A stretch of 64,000 nt of DNA from Arenicellales bacterium. GTDB lineage: Bacteria > Pseudomonadota > Gammaproteobacteria > BMS3Bbin11. The DNA is taken from NCBI GenBank assembly GCA_029287915.1, contig JARFQE010000029.1:7245-71244 (forward strand). Reading direction: 5' to 3'. The stretch's first letter is position 1; every line of letters starts with the position of its first letter. The notes beneath the pieces were generated by a model that saw only the letters and a program-made list of their open reading frames with translations, did no database searches and was not told where the DNA came from. The translations under genes were made by a program, and so were the position numbers. Positions 37,409 to 45,700 of this stretch are shown here, piece by piece.

Positions 37409-38697
37409 AAAGCACCCACGAGTGTGTTCATCTCACGTGCAGCAGCCAGTAAAGCCAGTCGACCGATTACGCCGTAAGTATAAAACCTGTTGGGTTCGGC
37501 ATCCGGATCTGCCGACATATCCGGTAGTATGCATGTTTCGGCAAAGGCCAGTGGTTCAAAGTGCATGCCTGGTGCATTCAGGTTTTCGTTGATGCCTCTG
37601 TTGGTGTGGACCCGGTAAAATCCACCAACCACTGAGTGATCAATCATATATACTACCGGTTCGGCAATGGCATTATGATTTCCCCATGTTTCAAATGTAA
37701 AAACCCCCTCCTGTACCAGTACGTCGCTGACACTGCTGCCACCTTTACCACGTGCCATCTTGTTTCTTTGTTTTCTGTTCAGCCCCTTGATTTCAGATGG
37801 ATCACGTATGGTCATTATGTTCATTCCATAGGTGCCTGCATCGGCCTTGGCAATGACAAAAGGTTCCTCCTTGATGCCATACTCCTGATATTTATTATTA
37901 ATTATTTCGAGTACATCAGCGACATTATCAGCCAGGCATTTTTCACCTTCTCGCTTTTGAAAGTCGATCTTTCCACAACGCCTGAAGTAAGGATCGATCA
38001 GCCATGGATCGATATCAACGATATCGGAGAACTCTTTTGCCACTCGCTGGTAATGGGCAAAATGATCTGATTTTAGCCTGCTCGACCAGCCCATCGCAGG
38101 TGCTGGAGTGACGGTTTGATCAGGGTTGATATTTTCGAGTATGGATGGGATGCCATTAGACAGATCATTATTGAGTAATATGATACAGGGTTCGAAATCA
38201 CCGCTATGCAATCTGTCACCGGATCTTTGCAAAGGGTATTGGATCATTGTTCTCCCTGATGACAGGGCGAGTTCTCTTGTTTGCTGATCTTCGCTGATAT
38301 GGCCAATACGTACATCTAGCCCAGCCTTCTCTATAATAGCTTGCAAAGTGGCGAGGTTCTCCAGATAAAACCTGTTACGGGTATGAGATTCCGGCACGAT
38401 GATTAACCGTCTTGCCTGCGGGCATAAATGTTCTATCGCTGCCTGCACAGCATGCACACAAAGTGGCAGGAATGCAGGGTTGAGGTTGTTAAACCCTGCA
38501 GGGAATAGATTGGTATCAACTGGCGCCACTTTGAAACCGGCGTTCCTCAGGTCTACAGAGCTGTAGAAGGGTGCTCGATATAATATCCATTGACTGCGGA
38601 ACCAGTGCTCAATTTCGGTTTGATTTGCCAGGATATGCGTTTCCAGATCTTGCAGCGGTCCAGCTAATGCGGTGGTTAAATGAGGAACTGAAGTCAT
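37405..38697 (-). CDS. gshA: Glutamate--cysteine ligase (beta/gammaproteobacterial GshA type)
   Basis: PFYSSVDLRNAGFK.APVDTNLFP.GFNNL, KADAGTYGM, EPVVYM, NLNAPG.HF.PLAF; directly upstream of gshB. Confidence 0.92.
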   Translation of the reverse strand: MTSVPHLTTALAGPLQDLETHILANQTEIEHWFRSQWILYRAPFYSSVDLRNAGFKVAPVDTNLFPAGFNNLNPAFLPLCVHAVQAAIEHLCPQARRLIIVPESHTRNRFYLENLATLQAIIEKAGLDVRIGHISEDQQTRELALSSGRTMIQYPLQRSGDRLHSGDFEPCIILLNNDLSNGIPSILENINPDQTVTPAPAMGWSSRLKSDHFAHYQRVAKEFSDIVDIDPWLIDPYFRRCGKIDFQKREGEKCLADNVADVLEIINNKYQEYGIKEEPFVIAKADAGTYGMNIMTIRDPSEIKGLNRKQRNKMARGKGGSSVSDVLVQEGVFTFETWGNHNAIAEPVVYMIDHSVVGGFYRVHTNRGINENLNAPGMHFEPLAFAETCILPDMSADPDAEPNRFYTYGVIGRLALLAAAREMNTLVGAL

Positions 38698-39021
38698 GAT
38701 TAATATTACACCTGTCAGGGTGCCTGCTAATTTTTAACAGTAACCCTTTATTATTGAAAAAGCTGGTCTACACTCTATGAATATATTCGGCATGATAGCA
38801 AAGCATCGTGTAAATGCTAAATAGGTAATAAAAAATTACTGACAGATAGCTAAATATTGCACATTTTATTGTTTTTGTCTGTGAATAAGGACTTTTATGG
38901 CAATATTCCGGTCTTTGTGCTATCTATATAAAATAATAACTTATATAAAGGAATAAATAATTTACATTAAGGATAGGGTGATGGTGTATATACTTCTGAA
39001 AATTCAACTGTGTGAAATTTT

Positions 39022-39408
39022 ATGACTGTTAAAATTATGGTCATTGATGACAGCAGCACTATTCGTAAAACTGCAGAAACTCTCCTTAAAAGAGCGGGCT
39101 TTGAAGTTATAACCGCTGCAGATGGTTTTGAGGCTATGTCTGTTGTCGCTGACCAGCATCCAGATATTATTTTTATCGACATTATGATGCCACGACTGGA
39201 TGGTTATCAAACGTGTGCATTAATTAAAAACAATAAACAATTTGGTTCTACTCCAATTGTAATGTTATCGAGTAAGGATGGTCTGTTTGATCGTGCCAGA
39301 GGAAAGCTGGCTGGGTCAGAACAGCACATTCATAAACCCTTTACCCAGGATGATCTTGTTAGTGCAATCAACAAGTATGTAGCTACAGATGCAGCATCTA
39401 ATGCATAA
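39022..39408 (+). CDS. pilG: Twitching motility response regulator PilG
   Basis: VIDDSSTIRKTAETLL, DIMMPRLDGYQTCALIK, KDGLFDRARG. Confidence 0.93.
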   Translation: MTVKIMVIDDSSTIRKTAETLLKRAGFEVITAADGFEAMSVVADQHPDIIFIDIMMPRLDGYQTCALIKNNKQFGSTPIVMLSSKDGLFDRARGKLAGSEQHIHKPFTQDDLVSAINKYVATDAASNA

Positions 39409-39452
39409 AATCTGCGGGTTAATGAACAATAAATAAAGTGAGGTACAGCTAA

Positions 39453-39818
39453 ATGAAGTTTCAGAAAATACTGGTTGTGGACGATTCCCCGACAGAACTT
39501 CATATGGTAGTTGATATTTTAAATCGGCAAAAGATACCGGAAATAATTACCGCGACAAATGGCGCTGACGCTGTTGCCAGGGCTCAGTCAGATATGCCTG
39601 ACTTGATCCTGATGGATGTAGTAATGCCTGAGATGAATGGTTTTCAGGCAACACGAAAAATAAAAAAGAACACCGAAACAGCAGGAATACCAGTAATAAT
39701 TATTTCAAGTAAAGATCAGGAGACTGACAAGGTGTGGGGTAAGCGTCAGGGGGCAGATGAGTACCTCACCAAGCCAGTTAAAGAAGCAGAGCTAATCAGT
39801 GTCATGGAGGCTCTGTAA
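39453..39818 (+). CDS. pilH: Response regulator PilH
   Basis: VDDSPTE, LMDVVMPEMNGFQATR, KDQETDKVWG.RQGA. Confidence 0.93.
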   Translation: MKFQKILVVDDSPTELHMVVDILNRQKIPEIITATNGADAVARAQSDMPDLILMDVVMPEMNGFQATRKIKKNTETAGIPVIIISSKDQETDKVWGKRQGADEYLTKPVKEAELISVMEAL

Positions 39819-39822
39819 CACG

Positions 39823-40356
39823 ATGTCTCGCCAGCCATTAGAAATTCTTCAGCAAATGGAGCAGGAAGTGCTCGCGGCAGATGTTTCACTGCCAGAGGAA
39901 GTTGTTGTTGCGGAGCAATGGGTTGGTTTGTCTTATAGAGTTGGTGATCAGCAATTTGTAACTTCTATGGATCAGATATCAGAGGTTGTACCGTCATCTC
40001 CGTTTGCAGTTGTTCCCCGATCACAATCATGGCTACGTGGCATTGCAAACGTCAGAGGTCGATTACTTACGGTCATTGATTTACAGAATTTTTTGGGTAT
40101 GGAACCGGTTAGGACTGATCAGTATTCACGGCTAATAGTTATCAATAATGATCAGTTATCTTGCTGCTTACTGGTAAGTCGTCTACAGGGATTGCGGCAT
40201 TTTGACCCTGTTGGTGATGTTTGTGATACCGGGAAAATGAGTGAGCACTGGGCAGGATATATAGCCGGGGCATTATGTCGGGATCAGGAGAAGTGGATGG
40301 TATTTGATACCGACCGCCTGGTTGAAGAAAAAAGTTTTCTAAACGCCGCGGCGTAA
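39823..40356 (+). CDS. pilI: CheW-like adaptor PilI
   Basis: VP...WLRGIANVRGRLL..IDL. Start moved to MSRQPL (39823) to avoid overlap with pilH. Confidence 0.88.
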   Translation: MSRQPLEILQQMEQEVLAADVSLPEEVVVAEQWVGLSYRVGDQQFVTSMDQISEVVPSSPFAVVPRSQSWLRGIANVRGRLLTVIDLQNFLGMEPVRTDQYSRLIVINNDQLSCCLLVSRLQGLRHFDPVGDVCDTGKMSEHWAGYIAGALCRDQEKWMVFDTDRLVEEKSFLNAAA

Positions 40357-40427
40357 TCAGTACATATGTACAAAAATATGTAAAAAATAAGTTATTCAAA
40401 TTATGAGCTATTTTTGAGGGTAGTCTA

Positions 40428-42515
40428 ATGGCAGAACAAAGTAAGTTAGCGGGTGAAAATGTGACAGATGCAGGTGTAGTTGATATTGTTCCTGATAAGG
40501 GTTCTCCTCCATCAGGTAAGGGAAAGTCAGCTCCATCTGCATTAGGTAAATTGGCAAACAATCTACCACTGCTAGGTATTGGCATGGTGATTTCTGTTAT
40601 CGGGCTGATTGCTGTGCTTATGTGGCAAACAAGGACAACGGCCCTGCAGTCAGGCTATGTTGAAGAATCAAGCCTGCTGCTTATGTTGTCGCAGAGGGTT
40701 GCTAAAGATGCGCGTGAGGCTGTATTGGGTAGTGAAGATGCGTTTGCCTCACTGCAGGATTCAAAAAACAGAATCAATACTATTCTAAATACCCTGGTTG
40801 AAGGTAATGACAGGCTGCCTGCTTCTCCTGAGACTGTAAACGATACACTACAACCGGTGCTAACGCTCTGGGAATCACTTGATCAGGATGTTGCTGCTAT
40901 TCTGACCAATAAACCGGCACTGCTTTCTATTCGTGAGAATGTGGCTTCTATAAATCAGCTGTCACCGATGCTTCTGGCAACCTCGGATGAGGTGGTTGAA
41001 GCCCTGATTTCCGAGGGTGCATCTCAGGATGTTGTTGCCCGAGCAGGTACACAGCGCACCTGGAGTCAGCGAATTACCAAAGATGTAAACGTGTTTGCAC
41101 TTGGCGGTTTAGATTCAGCTGTTGCGGCAACTCAGTTTGGTAAAGATGCCAAACTATTCCAACGTATTAACCGTAGTTTACGCAGAGACGCAAGCCCTGA
41201 AGTCATTGAAAAAATCGATGCATCTGATGAGATTTTCAAGCAGTTGAATGAGTACATCCAGGCTGCACAACAAGTTGTAACTGAGTTCTTCGTTTCACAG
41301 CGTTCTGCTCAACGTATTACTGAAAATTCAGAGAAATTTCTGGCTGACGCTGAGGCTCTGGTAGGCAGCTATCAGGGTCTGTACTCTGACATTAAGTACC
41401 TAAAGTTTCTACCCTTTGTCCTCGGTGGTGCTGCATTGTTGTTCTTTTTGATGTTCATTCGTTCGCTGGTAGGTAGTGCGCGCGAGCGAGAGTTTGAAAG
41501 TAACGAAAAAAACAGAGAGACGCAGGCGGCTATTCTGAAGCTTCTTGATGAAATGGGCGATCTTGCTGATGGTGACCTTACCATCGAAGCGGAAGTGACC
41601 GACCAGGTGACAGGTGCTATCGCTGACTCCATGAACTACGCGGTGCTGGAAATGCGCACCCTGGTAAGACAGATTAATAATGCATCTGATCAGGTAGCAA
41701 CGGAGTCTGAAGGTACCCGTGATAAAACTTCGGCATTGCTGGCGCAGTCAGGCCAACAATCTGATGAGATTAGTACAGCAACTGAGGCAATTTCAACTAT
41801 GGCCCAGTCAATGGAGCAGCTTTCTGAAAGTGCTGATGGATCTGCTGAAGTTGCGAATGGTTCGGTAGAACTGGCCAAGCAGGGTGCTGAAGCGGTGTCG
41901 TCCACCATCAAGGGCATGAATAATATGCGTGACAAGATGCAGGAGACGGGTAAACGAATCAAACGTCTTGGTGAAAGTTCGCAACAGATTGGTGAAATTG
42001 TTGGATTGATTGATGATATCGCTGAGCAAACCAATATCCTGTCATTGAATGCCTCAATTCAGGCGGCGATGGCTGGTGAGGCAGGCCGTGGCTTCGCGGT
42101 CGTTGCTGACGAAGTCCAGCGACTGGCTGAACGTTCTGCTGAAGCAACAAAACAGATTGCTGATCTGGTCAGTAATATTCAGGCAGATACCAATGAAGCG
42201 GTAAGTTCGATGGAAGTAGCAACACGTGAAGTTGTGGAGAATACTCGACTTGCTGATGAGGCCGGTCGTGCACTGGGTGAGATTGAGACAGTATCGGAAG
42301 AGCTTTCCACCCTGATTTCTGCTATGGCCAATACGGCACGGCAGCAGTCCGAGGAGGCGACTGGTGTATCCGGCACTATGGTGCACATTAGAGAACTTTC
42401 AAGCCAGGTGTCATCAACGACGAGTGAGACTGCTGAGTCAGTAGGCAGGTTGTCAGTTCTTGCCGGGCAGCTTAAATCTTCTGTAGCTGGGTTCAGACTG
42501 CCATCAGAATCTTAA
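40428..42515 (+). CDS. pilJ: Methyl-accepting chemotaxis protein PilJ
   Basis: Two TMs, [57 protein letters not shown]. Confidence 0.93.
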   Translation: MAEQSKLAGENVTDAGVVDIVPDKGSPPSGKGKSAPSALGKLANNLPLLGIGMVISVIGLIAVLMWQTRTTALQSGYVEESSLLLMLSQRVAKDAREAVLGSEDAFASLQDSKNRINTILNTLVEGNDRLPASPETVNDTLQPVLTLWESLDQDVAAILTNKPALLSIRENVASINQLSPMLLATSDEVVEALISEGASQDVVARAGTQRTWSQRITKDVNVFALGGLDSAVAATQFGKDAKLFQRINRSLRRDASPEVIEKIDASDEIFKQLNEYIQAAQQVVTEFFVSQRSAQRITENSEKFLADAEALVGSYQGLYSDIKYLKFLPFVLGGAALLFFLMFIRSLVGSAREREFESNEKNRETQAAILKLLDEMGDLADGDLTIEAEVTDQVTGAIADSMNYAVLEMRTLVRQINNASDQVATESEGTRDKTSALLAQSGQQSDEISTATEAISTMAQSMEQLSESADGSAEVANGSVELAKQGAEAVSSTIKGMNNMRDKMQETGKRIKRLGESSQQIGEIVGLIDDIAEQTNILSLNASIQAAMAGEAGRGFAVVADEVQRLAERSAEATKQIADLVSNIQADTNEAVSSMEVATREVVENTRLADEAGRALGEIETVSEELSTLISAMANTARQQSEEATGVSGTMVHIRELSSQVSSTTSETAESVGRLSVLAGQLKSSVAGFRLPSES

Positions 42516-42782
42516 CATCCATACGATTATTATAAGTCTTAATATACAAAGGGCATCTCGAGTAATTCATGAACATACATCCTGTGTCTGAAATGAGCAT
42601 TCTCTGTGCTGTGAGCATCTGCAAAAGGAAGCTGCTAAACCGTATCTTGAGACGTGAGTATCATGGTAGCAGGGCATCGTTGCACGATAGTGTGGTTGAC
42701 GACTAGATATGTTTAATTTTGCTGCGCAATCTGAAACGCCTGGAGTTACAAATGGTTTCCTTAAAGCAGGACAGGTGATGAC

Positions 42783-45700
42783 ATGAGTCGAGTAGACCCC
42801 AGTACATTTAGTTGGGTTAAAGATGAGATAGATGAGTCAATCAAGCAGGCTCGATTATCGTTAGAAGCCTATTCCAGCTCAACTGATGACTCCAGCCAGA
42901 TGCGTATGGCTGTTGCTTTTCTCCATCAGGTTTCAGGTACTCTACAAATAGTAGAACTTGATGGTGCAGCAAGGCTTGTTAATGAACTGGAGTTGGTTTG
43001 CGAGGGGTTAATAGATGAAAGCATCCAGGCAACAGAAGAGATTCTGGATTCACTAAGCCGTGGAGTGCTGAGCCTTAGCACCTATGTCTCTCAGTTGCAT
43101 GCCGGATATCCGGATTCCATTGTCGCGCTGACGCCGCTGATTAACGAACTGCGTACTGCACGAGGTGCTGATCTCGTTGATGAGTATGAATTGTTTAATC
43201 CAGAACTTGATATTTATCCGGAATTCAAAGGTGATAGGCCTGCCCGTTTAAGTGATGATGATTTCAAAGCTGAAGCTATTCAGGCACGTAATCAGTTGCT
43301 TGCTACAATGGTAAGCTGGTTTGCCCAAAAAGATGAAGCACAATCTCTTAGCACCATTCTTCTTTTATTTACACATCTTAAGAACATCTCCCGTTTCGAT
43401 GTCACTTCCCAGTTATGGTGGGTAGCAACTGCCCTGACTGAAGCTTTGCGAGATGGTGGATTAAATAGTACAGATAAGGAAACAAGACGTTTTTTTGCAA
43501 CACTGGAACAGGAGCTGAAACGTATTATAGAGAAAGGCGAGTCTGCACTAGTCAAGTCGCCACATGAATCTCTATTGAAAAGAATGCTTTTTAAAATAGG
43601 AAAGGCAGAAAGTCATGGCCCAGTGGTAACTGAACTGGTGAATGCTTTTGCACTTGATGAGCAGATCAGTGGCAAGCCATCGGGAGATGTAGTCGAAATC
43701 TTTGAGGCCACCAGTCCTGAAGTTTTGCAACCCATCATGAAGGCCCTGGCAGAGGAGCTCTCAGGTGCCCAGGATCATCTCAATGATTATTTTGAGAGTA
43801 ACGATCCCGCTACTAAATCGATAGAGCCTTTGCTTTCCAGTTTAGATAAGACTCGTGGTGCTGTCGACGTCATCAATAAGAATAAACTACGGGACCTGGT
43901 CGAAGAAATCTCCAACGCAGCACAGGCCTATGACGCTGGCAACCTGGTAATCAACAATAATGTTGCTCTTAATCTCGCTGAAGGACTGCTGACACTGGAA
44001 AACGCATGCAATGAACTTGATGATCCTGCTTCTGACTGGGAAGAGAAGGTGGATCGCGCAATATCTGATTTGTATTGGATCAGAACAGGTGAACAGCCCA
44101 ATATTGCTGCTACATCTGCTGTCGATGGTATAGACATTGATGAAGAGGGCACATTAACTGATGTTGAATTTTCTCAACTTGTTAAGGTTGTCGCCAGCGA
44201 AATCGCTACTAACCTTGTTGATGTAGTTGAAAAATTCGAGAAATATTCATTAAACATGCATCTTAATGAAATTCTCAAATCCGTTCCGGAAAAATTACAT
44301 CAGATAGAAGGTGCGCTGCAGATTCTGGAACGTGAGCGCGCAATTGAACTTGTTTTACTGATAAGTGAACAAGTTGCTAGCATGGCTGAAGGGCGTATCA
44401 AGCCATCAACAGAACATGTCGAATCTACTGCGCTTGCTATCAGTGCAATAGAGTCCTATGCAGAAGCACTGCAACATGATCAATCAACGAGTGAACTGGT
44501 CATTGAGCGTGCAATGGAGGAGCTACTACGTACAGCTCCTTCAGACATTTCAGACCGGCCGACGGCTTTGGCGCGTGTCAGGCATATTCGTAGCGAAGCT
44601 GATAAATGGTTACGCAATCCGGAGGATGAGCTTTTTCTTGCTACGCTGCGCAAAGACATGGCAGCTATTGTTGCCTTAGCTAAAATTAACAAGGATGCCA
44701 AGCTCGAGAAGATCGCTGACGAAGTTTCAAATCTGGTTAATATGTTATCAGATGATCCGGAGTATCTGACTGATGACGTCATGAGCACTTTCCATAAGTC
44801 ATTATTGATACTCGAAAGTCTAACCATTAAATTACCTGCGGAAGCATCGCTGGCAGAAAAGGCAGATAATTTAGAGGTTGAACTTGACGCTGTAGAAACT
44901 CCATCCATTGATAGTGGTCTTGGTATTGAACTGGAAGAACTCATCGAGCCTGAAAAAGATTCTGGTGCTACTTTAGAAGATAGTATTGTCGAGGATGAAT
45001 TAGTTTCTGATGAACTTGAAGCAGAAGAGCCTGTAGTTAGTGAACCTGTAGTTAGTGAGGAAGAAGAAAGAAAGCCTGCGGTTTTCGATGACGAGATACT
45101 GGATATTTTTCTGGAAGAAGCAAGAGAGATAGCTAATTCGGGAAAAGATCTGTTACAAAAATGGAAGTCTGATACTGCTAATGAAGATGCGTTGGTAGAT
45201 TTACGGCGTAGCTTCCATACCTTAAAAGGCAGTGGCCGGATGTCCGGTGCTGTCGAATTTGGTGAATTCGCATGGTCGCTGGAAGAATTGTTAAACAATG
45301 TAATTGCCGGCAAGCTCGAACCGAATGACCAAATGTTTGCCTTACTTGATGAGGCACTTGGTAAATTGCCATCAATGCTTGATGATCTAGAAAGGCACGA
45401 TGAATCAAATATTGATGTTCCCTACTGGCAGACATACGTTGCCAAAGCAGGTAGTGCCGAAGATCAAGTAACAGAAATTTCAATAGACAAAGAGGAAAAA
45501 GAAGAAGGCGATTCAGAAATCGAAGAAATAGAGGCTTTACTTGATGATGAGATCGATATACACGAAGAAGATGAAGATTTGTTTGAGACGGAAGATATAT
45601 CGCCTGACGCTGAATCTGAAGAGACTGAAACCATACATGGCTTACCACCACCCCTGCAGTCGGCCGTTGTTCGTGATATTTATGCAACTGAAATAAACAA

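Noticed and set aside
42621-42675. GCAAA...CTAAAC...ATGGTAGCAGG resembling the P2 arm of a c-di-GMP-I riboswitch upstream of chpA
   Set aside because: No GNRA-capped P1 at the right distance and no GGGACGCAAA junction; a cmsearch with RF01051 would settle it.
44480-45313. 277-aa antisense ORF in chpA (also 56368-57063 in pyk and many similar)
   Set aside because: Shadow ORFs: Ser-rich complements of acidic or regular codon usage on the coding strand, with no recognisable motifs.
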